Part shown: one piece after another, positions 1 to 10,087 of the stretch | Position numbering within the stretch: position 1 is the stretch's first letter | Layout of the letters: each line of letters opens with the position of its first letter | Origin: Bacteroidota bacterium | GTDB lineage: Bacteria > Bacteroidota > Bacteroidia > Flavobacteriales > BACL11 | DNA length: 64,000 bases | Direction of reading: 5' to 3' | Assembly (NCBI GenBank): GCA_036337275.1 | Contig: JAYZEM010000003.1 | Location: 148,756-212,755, forward strand | Program-made: the position numbers and the translations under genes | Notes under the pieces: model-generated | What the model was told of the DNA's origin: nothing | The model's database searches: none | Seen by the model: only the letters and a program-made list of their open reading frames with translations

Positions 1-981
1 TTTAAAACTTAAGCCCCAGACTGCAAAAGATTTTCCAGATAGATCTTCACCAAACTTTGAAGTAATTTTTTTAACAATTACTTTCTTTTGAGCTATATTG
101 ACTTTTTCAACTGCACTTAAAATGTCCGCCTGATAGCCAAAATCTTCAGCAGTCTTTGCTAAGGCTTTAATATCTTTTGGAAAACAACTCCCTCCATATC
201 CACATCCAGGATAAATGAATTTATAACCAATTCTATTATCAGAACCAATACCCATTCTCACCATATTTACATCTGCCCCTACCCTTTCACAAATATTGGA
301 CATTTCATTCATAAAGCTGATTTTAGTAGCCAAAAACGCATTAGCAGCATATTTTGTCATTTCAGCAGATTTAATGTCCATATGAATGAAACGTTCACGG
401 TTAATGGTAAATGGGCGGTAAAGTGACTTTAAGGCATTAGTGCTTTTTTCATCTTCCGATCCTATTACTACTCTGTCTGGTTGCATAAAATCTTTTATAG
501 CACTTCCCTCTTTCAAAAATTCAGGATTAGAGACGACATCAAATGCAATTGTTGACTTTCTCTTATCTAATTCGCTTTGAATAGTAGATCTAACCATTTC
601 TGCTGTCCCTACAGGAACAGTGGATTTATCTACAATAATTAAAGAATGATTCATCTGCTGCCCAATCTCTTTTACAACATTTAATACATGTGTAAGATCT
701 GCACTGCCATCTTCATCTTGGGGTGTGCCAACTGCAATAAAAACAATCTCAGATTCATCTAATGCCTCCTGTAGAGAAGTTGTAAAAGACAACACTCCTT
801 TCTGATAACTTTCGATTACCATAGCTTTTAGTCCCGGTTCAAAAATTGGAATTACACCATTTTTTAGTCCTTCTATTTTTGCATTATCTTTATCTACACA
901 AATAACCTTATTGCCCATTTCTGCAAAGCAAGTTCCTGTAACCAAGCCAACATATCCTGTTCCAATTATTGTAATTCGCAT
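1..981 (-). CDS. ugd: UDP-glucose 6-dehydrogenase (N-terminal 327 codons; C-terminus lies outside the window)
   Basis: Not in the ORF track because it runs off the edge. Manual reverse translation from the ATG (RC of 979-981) gives [26 protein letters not shown] (GxGxxG NAD fold). Further on it gives [14 protein letters not shown], the catalytic-Cys motif of UDP-glucose/GDP-mannose dehydrogenases. The frame stays open to position 1. Confidence 0.85.
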   Translation of the reverse strand, partial: MRITIIGTGYVGLVTGTCFAEMGNKVICVDKDNAKIEGLKNGVIPIFEPGLKAMVIESYQKGVLSFTTSLQEALDESEIVFIAVGTPQDEDGSADLTHVLNVVKEIGQQMNHSLIIVDKSTVPVGTAEMVRSTIQSELDKRKSTIAFDVVSNPEFLKEGSAIKDFMQPDRVVIGSEDEKSTNALKSLYRPFTINRERFIHMDIKSAEMTKYAANAFLATKISFMNEMSNICERVGADVNMVRMGIGSDNRIGYKFIYPGCGYGGSCFPKDIKALAKTAEDFGYQADILSAVEKVNIAQKKVIVKKITSKFGEDLSGKSFAVWGLSFK

Positions 982-1109
982 CCTACTCGTTTTTATTAAA
1001 AGCATGCAAATATCGGTATTTTTATCCTTAGATAAAAATCTTTATCAGATAAGTAGCCTAATTGTCTTTTTTTTCGTATAAATTTAAAGGCCCTATAAGA
1101 TAGAATTCA

Positions 1110-3314
1110 ATGAGAAAATTGCTTTATTTCTTTCCTATTCAATTGCTTTTGCACCATATCAAAAGAAATTATCTGTTTTTAATCTTTTGGACGATACTAT
1201 TTAGCATTATTCTGGAGTCTTTTGGCGTAAAATATGGCATTCCCTATCTGTTTTTAGCTCCTGAATATTTGAGTGAAGTAAATTTCTTATCTTTTTTCCT
1301 ATTAGGCCTTTCTGTTGGTATTTTCATCATGGCGTTTCATATAGCTAGTTATATTATTATGGGCTATCGTTTCCGATTTATAGCTACACTCTCATCTGCC
1401 TTTTTTAAGTTCTGTATTAATAATGCTACAATACCGCTATTATTCTTGATTACTTTTGGAATACAGCTTTTTGTTTTTTACAGCAAGCAGATTCATTTCT
1501 CTGCATTCGAAACTATAATTTATTATCTAGGTTTTTTAATCGGTAATGCTGTTTTTATACTTTTCTCCGTCTTTTATTTTAATCATACAAACAAGAGTTT
1601 ATTTAAGCTGTTTGGCATCCCAATTGGAAAAGAAAAAGAAAATAAGAAGAACCCTAAAATAAAGCTTTTCTCCCCTTCATTTTCAAAGAAAAAAGAAGAA
1701 AAAGGAATACATCCTGGGGAGTCAGAAGTAAGAACCTATCTATATAGCCTTTTAAAAATAAGGATTGCTAGAAAATCCTCACATTATAATAGTGAGATTC
1801 TAATGAAAGTTTTAAACCAGCATCATCATAATGCCGCATTTTATTTATTTGCCATATTTGGCATTATTCTATTAGTTGGTATTTTTAGGGATTTGAATTG
1901 TTTTATGATTCCTGCAGCATCAAGTATTATGCTCCTTCTTTCTATGGTACTGATGATTATTAGTGCAATTCACTCTTGGTTTAGGGGCTGGTCTATTCCT
2001 GTTTTTATATTATTGATTCTAGGTATTAATTACCTCACAACATTCAAAAATTTGAACAGTAGAAATCATTCCTATGGGTTAAATTACGACACAACAAAAG
2101 TAGATTTTAATAAAGAAACCGTACAATCAATTTGTGCAGATTCTGTCATAGCTAAAGACAAGGAGTCCACCTATACAATTTTAGAAAATTGGAATAAAAA
2201 GAATAAAAGATTAGATGATAAAAAACCTAAAATGATCTTAGTAAATTGTAGCGGTGGTGGGATGCGCGCTTCATTTTTAAGTTTCCACATTTTAAATTTA
2301 TTAAATAAAGAGACCAATGGAGATTTTTTTCAAAAAACACAGCTTATTTCGGGTTCATCAGGAGGTATGATTGGAGCTGCTTATTTTCGAGAATTAATCT
2401 TAAGAAAGGATAGTATTGAGAAACAACATTATGATAATATATCAAGCGATATGTTAAATTCAATTTCATTTACCATTACTGTAAATGATATATTGTTGCG
2501 CTTACAGAAATTTAGTGATGGGAAATATCAGCATACGAAAGACAGGGGCTTTGCATTTGAATATATTTTACATAAAAATACTGATTCTTTGTTGGTTAAA
2601 AGCTTAGGAGACTATTACTTGCCCGAAAAAAATGCTGAGATTCCAATGCTTATTTTATCACCCACTATCATCAATAATGGTATGAAAATGAATATTTCAT
2701 CCCAGCAGATTTCATACCTCACCCAAAAAACCAACAATGAATTCTTTGACGGAATAGAGTTTTCTAGGTTGTTTGCACAACAAGATGCAAAAAATTTAAA
2801 TTTTACATCTGCACTAAGAATGAATGCTACTATTCCATACATTTCTCCAGTTGTTTATCTACCAAGTTCGCCAATGTTGGAAATAATGGATGCCGGCTTA
2901 AAAGATAATTTAGGTACTGATATAAGTATGCGGTTTATTCAAAATTTTAAAAATTGGATTACAGAAAATACAAGTGGTATAATTTTAGTGCAAATCAGAT
3001 CAAATGAAAGAAATGCTTTAATCGACAAGCAGCATACAAAAAGTTTTTTACATGCACTTATAGATCCTTTTCTTGAGTTTAATCGATCTTGGGGAAATAT
3101 GCGTGATTTGGAAAGAGATAAACTCATACTAAACAGCAAAGAACTATTTAATTTTCCTTTAGATGTTATATCTATTTCCTTGCCTTCTAGAAAGGACGAA
3201 AAAATATCTTTAAGTTGGCGATTGATGAAGAATGAGAAAGAAAAAATTGAAAATGTGATGAATTTAGAAAAAAATAAAGAGGCTTTAAAAAGACTTAAAA
3301 AATTGCTTAACTAA
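1110..3314 (+). CDS. Membrane-anchored patatin-like phospholipase (about 7 N-terminal TM helices plus a C-terminal patatin domain)
   Basis: The patatin motifs are intact: oxyanion hole CSGGGMRA (GGGxR), nucleophile elbow GSSGG (GxSxG) and catalytic Asp motif [10 protein letters not shown]. Residues 1-320 are hydrophobic helices interrupted by a Lys-rich linker. Confidence 0.8.
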   Translation: MRKLLYFFPIQLLLHHIKRNYLFLIFWTILFSIILESFGVKYGIPYLFLAPEYLSEVNFLSFFLLGLSVGIFIMAFHIASYIIMGYRFRFIATLSSAFFKFCINNATIPLLFLITFGIQLFVFYSKQIHFSAFETIIYYLGFLIGNAVFILFSVFYFNHTNKSLFKLFGIPIGKEKENKKNPKIKLFSPSFSKKKEEKGIHPGESEVRTYLYSLLKIRIARKSSHYNSEILMKVLNQHHHNAAFYLFAIFGIILLVGIFRDLNCFMIPAASSIMLLLSMVLMIISAIHSWFRGWSIPVFILLILGINYLTTFKNLNSRNHSYGLNYDTTKVDFNKETVQSICADSVIAKDKESTYTILENWNKKNKRLDDKKPKMILVNCSGGGMRASFLSFHILNLLNKETNGDFFQKTQLISGSSGGMIGAAYFRELILRKDSIEKQHYDNISSDMLNSISFTITVNDILLRLQKFSDGKYQHTKDRGFAFEYILHKNTDSLLVKSLGDYYLPEKNAEIPMLILSPTIINNGMKMNISSQQISYLTQKTNNEFFDGIEFSRLFAQQDAKNLNFTSALRMNATIPYISPVVYLPSSPMLEIMDAGLKDNLGTDISMRFIQNFKNWITENTSGIILVQIRSNERNALIDKQHTKSFLHALIDPFLEFNRSWGNMRDLERDKLILNSKELFNFPLDVISISLPSRKDEKISLSWRLMKNEKEKIENVMNLEKNKEALKRLKKLLN

Positions 3315-5287
3315 TAGTCTAATAACGCTAATAATTGCGCTTCAAATCTTCTTTTTGCCAAAAATTCATTTTCTAATTCATAAGCAAAAGGTACGGGCGA
3401 ATCTAAAGAAGAAACACGCTTTACTGGCGCATCTAAAAATTCGAAACATTCATCAGCAATAATTGAAGAAATGTCTGCTCCAAAACCACCAATCATACAA
3501 TCTTCATGCAATACAATTGCTCTATTTGTTTTTTTCACCGAGGAAAGTACTGTTGCTTTATCAAAGGGAACTAAAGTTCTTAGATCAATTAATTCGGCAG
3601 AGATGTCTGGATTTTTTTTAAGTACTTCTAGAGCCCAATGCACTCCCATTCCATAAGTTATAATACTTACTTGAGTTCCTTCTTTTATCAAATTTGCCCT
3701 TCCTATTGCTGTTGTAAAATAATCGTCTGAAACAGATTCGGTTAAACTTCTGTACAATGCTTTATGTTCAAAATATATAACTGGATTTGGATCGTTAATT
3801 GAAGCATTCAATAGCCCTTTAGCGTCCTCTGGAAAAGCAGGATAAACAACCTTCAAGCCAGGAGTATGGGTAAACCAGGCTTCATTGGACTGGGAATGAA
3901 AAGGGCCAGCTCCAACGCCAGCTCCTGTAGGCATACGCACTACAACATCTGCTTTTTCTCCCCACCTATAGTGTGTTTTTGCTAAACTGTTTACAATTGG
4001 ATTAAAGCCAGAGCTAACAAAATCAGCAAATTGCATTTCCATTACTGCCTTGTATCCATTAATTGAAAGCCCTAAAGCGGCGCTTACTATAGCAGATTCA
4101 CAGATGGGCGTATTACGGACTCTATCTTTTCCAAATTCCTTAACAAAACCATCTGTTATTTTGAAAACACCTCCATAATCTGCAATATCCTGCCCCATAA
4201 TAATTAAATTGTCATGTTTTTTCATGGACTCACGTAAGCCGTTAGAAATAGCATCAATAAAGCGTTTTTTCGTCTTATTAGCAGAAGGCTCAATAATTTC
4301 TTGAATATAAGGGGCATAAATATCCGCTAATTCTTTTTCAGGAGTTGATGTAATTCTTGGCTCATTATCAGCAGTAGTCCAAGCAGTTTTAATCTCAGTT
4401 TTAATTTGTTTTTTCAACACATCTATCTCCTCTTGCGATATTAAATTTTCTTTTATTAAGAATGCTTCATAATTTTCAACAGGATCTTTTTTAGCCCACA
4501 TTTCCATTAATTCTTTAGGCACATATTTTGTTCCTGAAGTTTCCTCATGACCCCTCATTCTAAAGCTCATACATTCTAAAATAACAGGTCTAGGTTTTTT
4601 AGCAATCTGTTTTTTAATATCTTTAACTGCAGCATACACCTCCAAAATATTATTGCCATCAATAGTGTAAGCATCCATTCCGTAACCTATTCCTTTATCA
4701 GCAAATTGTTTACATCTAAACTGTTCTGAACTTGGGGTTGAAAGACCATACCCATTATTTTCAATAACAAATATTACAGGTAAATCCCAAACTGCAGCCA
4801 CATTTAACGCCTCATGAAAATCACCTTCACTAGCACCTCCATCTCCAGTAAAAACAGCAGTATGTTTTTTGTTGTCTTTTAACTTATTAGCCAATGCAAT
4901 TCCATCAGCCACCCCTAGTTGAGGTCCTAAATGAGATATCATTCCTACTATATGGTGCTCCTTGGTTCCAAAATGAAAAGATCTATCACGTCCTTTTGTA
5001 AAGCCATTTGCTTTTCCTTGAAATTGAGAAAATAATCGATTTAGCGGAACATTTTTAGTTGTGAAAACCCCTAAATTTCTATGCATTGGAAGGATATACT
5101 CATCTAAATCCAATGCTGCAGCAACCCCTACTGATATAGCCTCCTGGCCAAAGCCTGAAAACCATTTTGAAATTTTACCTTGGCGCAAAAGGATTAACAT
5201 CTTCTCTTCTATCATCCTAGGTGTTAATAAGCCTTTATAAAGCGCTAATAAATTGTCGTCCGAGATGCTTCTTCTGTTAAATTGCAT
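3311..5287 (-). CDS. 2-oxoacid (branched-chain/pyruvate type) dehydrogenase E1 component, fused alpha and beta subunits
   Basis: 658 aa. The N-terminal half carries the TPP motif [34 protein letters not shown] (GDG-x-NN). The C-terminal half is transketolase-like beta ([20 protein letters not shown]). The stop overlaps the patatin stop by 4 nt (convergent). Confidence 0.85.
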   Translation of the reverse strand: MQFNRRSISDDNLLALYKGLLTPRMIEEKMLILLRQGKISKWFSGFGQEAISVGVAAALDLDEYILPMHRNLGVFTTKNVPLNRLFSQFQGKANGFTKGRDRSFHFGTKEHHIVGMISHLGPQLGVADGIALANKLKDNKKHTAVFTGDGGASEGDFHEALNVAAVWDLPVIFVIENNGYGLSTPSSEQFRCKQFADKGIGYGMDAYTIDGNNILEVYAAVKDIKKQIAKKPRPVILECMSFRMRGHEETSGTKYVPKELMEMWAKKDPVENYEAFLIKENLISQEEIDVLKKQIKTEIKTAWTTADNEPRITSTPEKELADIYAPYIQEIIEPSANKTKKRFIDAISNGLRESMKKHDNLIIMGQDIADYGGVFKITDGFVKEFGKDRVRNTPICESAIVSAALGLSINGYKAVMEMQFADFVSSGFNPIVNSLAKTHYRWGEKADVVVRMPTGAGVGAGPFHSQSNEAWFTHTPGLKVVYPAFPEDAKGLLNASINDPNPVIYFEHKALYRSLTESVSDDYFTTAIGRANLIKEGTQVSIITYGMGVHWALEVLKKNPDISAELIDLRTLVPFDKATVLSSVKKTNRAIVLHEDCMIGGFGADISSIIADECFEFLDAPVKRVSSLDSPVPFAYELENEFLAKRRFEAQLLALLDY

Positions 5288-5307
5288 TGCTTAAAAAAAT
5301 TGAAAAG

Positions 5308-5315
5308 CAAAATTA
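5308..5315 (-). promoter_or_regulatory. Bacteroidota -7 box (TAATTTTG on the minus strand) for the E1 gene
   Basis: Plus-strand caaaatta is the RC of TAATTTTG. It matches TAnnTTTG and lies 21 nt upstream of the E1 ATG (5287). Confidence 0.5.
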
Positions 5316-5329
5316 CCATAATAATTCTT

Positions 5330-5337
5330 TAACTTTG
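5330..5337 (+). promoter_or_regulatory. Bacteroidota -7 box TAACTTTG for the 5349-8494 operon
   Basis: Perfect TAnnTTTG, 11 nt upstream of the ATG at 5349. Confidence 0.5.
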
Positions 5338-5348
5338 TAAAAAATTGA

Positions 5349-5471
5349 ATGATTATGAATTGGCAAGAAATAGGGATAATTTTACTATTAGGATTTGCAA
5401 TTTATTATTTACTAAAAAAGTGGAAAAGGCCATCCGATAATTGTGGGAGTGGAAATTGTGGTTGTAAGTAA
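5349..5471 (+). CDS. FeoB-associated Cys-rich small membrane protein (40 aa)
   Basis: Below the ORF-track size cutoff. Manual translation gives MIMNWQEIGIILLLGFAIYYLLKKWKRPSDNCGSGNCGCK*. That is one TM helix, a basic patch and a C-terminal CxxxxCxC tail, as in the FeoB-associated Cys-rich family. The stop (5469-5471) abuts the next ATG (5472). Confidence 0.55.
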   Translation: MIMNWQEIGIILLLGFAIYYLLKKWKRPSDNCGSGNCGCK

Positions 5472-7310
5472 ATGAATGCATTGATTTATTTTAAAGTTTT
5501 TCTAAAGCGAATTTTTTTTCTGATTTGCCTTTATTCCGCTAGCCGACTATACCTTTTCCTAAATAATCTAGATAGTTTTTCAGACGCTACTCTTTGGGAG
5601 TTTTTAGAGGGATTAAGATTTGATTTTTCTGCACTGCTTTACATTAATATTCCATTATTAATTCTACTGCTTTTTCCTACCAATTCTAGAGCAAGAAAGA
5701 GCTATCGTAAATTGACCAATTTCTTGTTTTATGCAGTAAATATCCCTTTTATTATGCTGAACAATGTGGATATTGAATATTTTCGATTTACTCAGAAAAG
5801 AAGTACAATTGATTTGTTCCAACTTTTGCAACTAGGAAATGATGCAAAGAATATCATTCCACAATATTTGAAAGATTATTGGCTAATAACTCTTTTTACT
5901 TTTTTGCAAATTTGGATTTTACTGAAAATAAAGTATATTCCTACTGATAGATTAAGAAAAAATGCAAAATCAATATTTGGCGATCTGATTGTTTTTTTAT
6001 TAGCTGCTGGGCTTTTTATATCTGGATCAAGAGGCGGTTTGCAACTCAAGCCAATTAAGCCAATTAATGCCGGGGAACTTTCAAATACTAAAAACAGTAG
6101 TTTAATATTGAACACCCCATTCTGTATTTTTCATTCTATAAATACTCAAAATTTAGAAGTCAAACAGTATTTTTCTGATCAAGAACTAACAAAAATTTAC
6201 AGCACCTTTCATCACTATAAAAATTTAACTTTCCAAAAAAAGAATGTGATTGTAATTATTATGGAGAGTCTCTCCAGAGAGTTTGTTGGTGAATTAAATA
6301 ACGGAAATGGACACACTCCTTTTTTAGATAGTTTGATGCAAAAAAGCTTAATATTTGAAAATGCCTTTGCATCTGGAATAAAGTCTATAGAAGGACTACC
6401 TTCAATCACTGCTTCTATTCCAACTTTTATGGATAATCCTTTTATTACTTCAAATTACGCACAAAATAATTTTGAAAGTTTAGCTTCTTTATTAAGTAAA
6501 GAAGGTTATAAAAGCACCTTTTTTCATGGAGGTTTTACCGGCACTATGGGTTTTGATAGTTATTGTAGAAAAGCAGGATATGCTCAATATTTTGGCTTGG
6601 AAGAATATAACAATATGGAGGACTATGACGGTACTTGGGGTATTTATGATGAAGAATTCTTTGGGTTTTATTCCGATTATTTGAAAAGCGAACAAGAACC
6701 TTTCTTTAGTACATTTTTTTCAGTAACACTACACCCTCCTTTTGTTTTTCCTGAAAAATACGAACAAGTTTTTCTGCAAGAAAAGAAAGTGCATCAAACA
6801 GTTGCTTATGTCGATTATGCATTGCAAACATTTTTTAAAAAAGCAAGTAAGGAAGATTGGTACAAAAACACCATCTTTGTAATTACCGCCGACCATACTT
6901 GTGGCACGCGCTATGTAAAAAAATACAAGAACAAAATTGGAAGATACGCTATTCCGATGGTTATTTTTAAAGGAGATAGTAGTTTGCAAGAAAATAGAGA
7001 AAACATAGTTCAACAAATTGATATTATGCCCACTATTTTAGAATTATTAGGATATAACAAGCCCTTTTCTGCATTTGGAAAATCTATGCTATCTGACGAA
7101 AGTTGGGCGCTAAGTTATTTGCAAAACAATTATAGTTTTATAAGCGAATATGGGATACTAACTAATAAAGGAGAGGAATACAAAATGTATTCCGATTGGC
7201 AATTGACTGAGCATTTGGAAGTGAATAAAGATGTTTTGATGAAACTAAAAGCCATAAAACAAAGCTATAACCAGAGAATGATTAACAATAAATTAATGCA
7301 TGAAGATTAG
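5472..7310 (+). CDS. LTA-synthase/phosphoglycerol-transferase family membrane protein (sulfatase/alkaline-phosphatase superfamily)
   Basis: About 5 N-terminal TM helices followed by a sulfatase-like domain. Motifs seen: VIVIIMESLSREF (metal-binding Glu), GIKSIEGLPS (nucleophile region) and FVITADHT. Confidence 0.75.
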   Translation: MNALIYFKVFLKRIFFLICLYSASRLYLFLNNLDSFSDATLWEFLEGLRFDFSALLYINIPLLILLLFPTNSRARKSYRKLTNFLFYAVNIPFIMLNNVDIEYFRFTQKRSTIDLFQLLQLGNDAKNIIPQYLKDYWLITLFTFLQIWILLKIKYIPTDRLRKNAKSIFGDLIVFLLAAGLFISGSRGGLQLKPIKPINAGELSNTKNSSLILNTPFCIFHSINTQNLEVKQYFSDQELTKIYSTFHHYKNLTFQKKNVIVIIMESLSREFVGELNNGNGHTPFLDSLMQKSLIFENAFASGIKSIEGLPSITASIPTFMDNPFITSNYAQNNFESLASLLSKEGYKSTFFHGGFTGTMGFDSYCRKAGYAQYFGLEEYNNMEDYDGTWGIYDEEFFGFYSDYLKSEQEPFFSTFFSVTLHPPFVFPEKYEQVFLQEKKVHQTVAYVDYALQTFFKKASKEDWYKNTIFVITADHTCGTRYVKKYKNKIGRYAIPMVIFKGDSSLQENRENIVQQIDIMPTILELLGYNKPFSAFGKSMLSDESWALSYLQNNYSFISEYGILTNKGEEYKMYSDWQLTEHLEVNKDVLMKLKAIKQSYNQRMINNKLMHED

Positions 7311-8169
7311 ATTTATCATTAATCCTATTGCTGGAATTGGCAGTCAACAAGGAATCGAAAAACTCATCCAAGAAAAAGTTGAGTTTGATTTTGATGTTGT
7401 TTACACTAACAAGGCAGGTGATGCAACAGCATTAAGCAAAGATGCAATAGATAAACAAACTGATATAGTAATTGCGGTAGGTGGAGATGGAACTGTAAAT
7501 GAGTGTGCAAAAGCTTTAATAAATAGTGATACTGCATTAGGCGTTATTCCATGCGGTTCTGGAAATGGTTTTGCCTATCATATAGGAATGAAAAAGAAAA
7601 TTAGTGTCGCCATCACTCAACTTAATAAGTGTAAGATTTCAAGCATTGATTCTTGCAGTGTAAATGGAACTGTTTTTGTAAATGTTGCTGGAATTGGCTT
7701 TGATGCACATATAGCTAATTTGTTTTCCAAATTAAAAGATAGAGGATTTCTCAATTACATTAAGCTAATTGTAACTGAAGTTTTTAGATATAAGGCTAGA
7801 GAATATAAATTAGATTTTGACGGCAAAACAATAAGCACTTCAGCATATCTGATTGCATTTGCTAATACGAGCCAATATGGAAATGATTTTAAGATCTCTC
7901 CTTTAGCAAAGGAAAATGATGGTAAAATTGATTTTGTAATTGTAAAAAAGTTTACCAAATGGAAGGTTCCCTTTTTTTTATTGAAAATAATAATCGGAAG
8001 GGTACATTTATCGAAATATGTTGAAATAATAAAAACCCAAGAATTCCAAATTGAAACTGATGATACTTTAGTGCATTTAGATGGAGAACCCAAAACATTG
8101 AGAAACCCCATTACAATAAAAATTGAACCTCAATCATTAAAAATCTTTTCACCAGATGCCAAAAAATAA
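7300..8169 (+). CDS. Diacylglycerol-kinase-family lipid kinase (YegS/DgkB-like)
   Basis: RFIINPIAGIG, AVGGDGTVNE and IPCGSGNGFA are DAGK catalytic-domain motifs. The start overlaps the upstream gene by 11 nt. Confidence 0.8.
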   Translation: MKIRFIINPIAGIGSQQGIEKLIQEKVEFDFDVVYTNKAGDATALSKDAIDKQTDIVIAVGGDGTVNECAKALINSDTALGVIPCGSGNGFAYHIGMKKKISVAITQLNKCKISSIDSCSVNGTVFVNVAGIGFDAHIANLFSKLKDRGFLNYIKLIVTEVFRYKAREYKLDFDGKTISTSAYLIAFANTSQYGNDFKISPLAKENDGKIDFVIVKKFTKWKVPFFLLKIIIGRVHLSKYVEIIKTQEFQIETDDTLVHLDGEPKTLRNPITIKIEPQSLKIFSPDAKK

Positions 8170-8494
8170 AAAAAATAGAAAGGGAATATTGTATTCTACA
8201 GACCCTAACTTTGATTATGAATATGAAAATTTTGAGCAAGACACCCTTCCTCCTGCTGAGCAAAGTTTAGAAGTGTGTATTGACAAACATAGAGCAGGAA
8301 AAATTGCAGTAATTATTAAATCTTTTATCGGAAGTAATGATGATCTAAAGATGTTAGGAAAACTACTAAAACAAAAATGTGGGGTTGGGGGAAGTGTGAA
8401 AAATAGTGAAATCATTATCCAAGGAAATGTTAGGGGAAAAGTAATGGAGATTTTGGAAAAAGAAGGTTACAGTTATAAAAGAGTTGGTGGTTAA
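8156..8494 (+). CDS. Translation initiation factor SUI1/YciH family
   Basis: 112 aa. The C-terminal SUI1 fold pattern is ...KCGVGGSVKNSEIIIQGNVRGKVMEILEKEGY. It overlaps the upstream gene by 14 nt. Confidence 0.85.
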   Translation: MPKNKKNRKGILYSTDPNFDYEYENFEQDTLPPAEQSLEVCIDKHRAGKIAVIIKSFIGSNDDLKMLGKLLKQKCGVGGSVKNSEIIIQGNVRGKVMEILEKEGYSYKRVGG

Positions 8495-10050
8495 TTCTTT
8501 TTCACCTTTTTCAAATCAAGTAAATTCATGGCATTAGATCCAAATCCCGAAATATTAGGTTGAGTAAAGCGTAAAACTCTATCATAATAAAGGGGAACAA
8601 TAACAGCCTGTTCTACTATTAATCTCTCCATTTTATTGTAAAGCAAATAGCGAATACTATCATTTGTTTCTTTTGATGCTTTTTCATATAAATTATCAAA
8701 TTCTACATTTGCAAAATGAGTGTAGTTGGGACCGTTGGGACAAAAGTTTTTACTGTAAAAAAGCGCTAAATAATTCTCAGCATCAGCATAATCAGCAATC
8801 CAACTTCCTCTGAAAAAAGAGAGCTTCGAAGTAGCTACCATTTGCCTATGAGTAGATGGTGGATTTACCTCTATTTTTATTTTTAACCCAATCTCAGATA
8901 AAGCGTTTTGAATGTACTCGCACAAATCCAAATAGGCAGAAGTAGTAGATAAAACAATCTCTTTATTTGTGTCAAATTTACTCTTAGCAATCAAACTTTT
9001 TGCTTTCTCAGGATTGTAATGATAACCCTGTAAACTTTCGGAAAAAGAAGGCATACCCTTTGGCACAAAACCTTGCAAAGCAGGAGTGCCAATATTGTTG
9101 CGTAAATATTTAAGCATCTTTTCTCTATCAAAGCCATAATTGATAGCTTTTCTTATTTCTAAAGATAGTGCATCTTCCATCAAAAATCCTAAATATTCCG
9201 TGTTTAAATAGGGTTCAGATTGCAGATTTATTTTACTCTTGTATTTTTCCCTCAAAGTACCCCCTCTTTCCAGCACTTCATCTTTGTAGGAAGCATCAAT
9301 TCCAGAAATAAAGTCCAGATTCCCTTTTAAAAATTCCAAAAAAGTTGCTTGCTTATCTTTTATAAAAGTAATGGCTACCGCATCCAAATAAGGTAAAGCA
9401 TTTTCATCTTCTTTTTCAAAATAATTTGTATTTTTTCTAAAAACCAATTTAACACCCTCTTTCCAAAATTGAAAATGAAAAGGACCAGTTCCAATTGGAT
9501 GTGCTCTAAAATCAGTATTTTCTACAATTTCCCTAGGGACAACTGAGCAGTATTGCATTGACAGCAATCCTAAGAATGGTGAAAAAGAATTTTTTAAATT
9601 AATCTGAAAAGTAGAATCGTTTATAGCATTATAATTTTTTACATTGGCAAACACCCAAGCGCCTGGAGCAGCTAATTGTTTGCTTTTAAGCCTATCAAAG
9701 CTGAAGGTGAAATCAGAAGCAACTACCCTTCTATCATGCTTAAAGATTTTATGCTTATGAAAATATACATCTTTACGTAAATGAAAAGTGTACTGCAATC
9801 CATCAGCGCTAATCTCCCAACTTTTAGCAATAGATGGTACAACTTCTAAATTCTCATTAAACTGGACCAAGCCATTGAAGAGTTGATTGCAAGCCCAAAT
9901 AGTGGCTTGATCTTTGGAAAAAGCAGGATCCAATGTTGCTATTCCTGATGCCTGATTATATTTGAAAATAGAGCGTTCTTCATCGTGTGTAGGACTTGCG
10001 CAACACAGCAGAAAAATCAGTAATAAAAGAAAGCCAGACTTTAAATTCAT
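8491..10050 (-). CDS. ABC transporter substrate-binding lipoprotein, family 5 (peptide/nickel type)
   Basis: 519 aa with a signal peptide and Cys (LLCCAS). The SBP_bac_5-like body includes LDPAFSKDQATIWACNQLFNGLVQ. Confidence 0.8.
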   Translation of the reverse strand: MNLKSGFLLLLIFLLCCASPTHDEERSIFKYNQASGIATLDPAFSKDQATIWACNQLFNGLVQFNENLEVVPSIAKSWEISADGLQYTFHLRKDVYFHKHKIFKHDRRVVASDFTFSFDRLKSKQLAAPGAWVFANVKNYNAINDSTFQINLKNSFSPFLGLLSMQYCSVVPREIVENTDFRAHPIGTGPFHFQFWKEGVKLVFRKNTNYFEKEDENALPYLDAVAITFIKDKQATFLEFLKGNLDFISGIDASYKDEVLERGGTLREKYKSKINLQSEPYLNTEYLGFLMEDALSLEIRKAINYGFDREKMLKYLRNNIGTPALQGFVPKGMPSFSESLQGYHYNPEKAKSLIAKSKFDTNKEIVLSTTSAYLDLCEYIQNALSEIGLKIKIEVNPPSTHRQMVATSKLSFFRGSWIADYADAENYLALFYSKNFCPNGPNYTHFANVEFDNLYEKASKETNDSIRYLLYNKMERLIVEQAVIVPLYYDRVLRFTQPNISGFGSNAMNLLDLKKVKKN

Positions 10051-10087
10051 AGAAAAAATAATCTGGCTAAAATTAGAAAATAATTTT

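Noticed and set aside
982-1109. A 25-aa ORF ([25 protein letters not shown]) in the ugd/patatin intergenic region
   Set aside because: It has no promoter or start context or family resemblance, and it overlaps the palindromic candidate operator. It is most likely non-coding.
1110-3314. The patatin gene as an effector of a CBASS or other anti-phage system
   Set aside because: There is no cyclase, E1/E2/JAB, sensor NTPase or other partner gene. The neighbours are ugd and a dehydrogenase E1, and the composition matches the surroundings.
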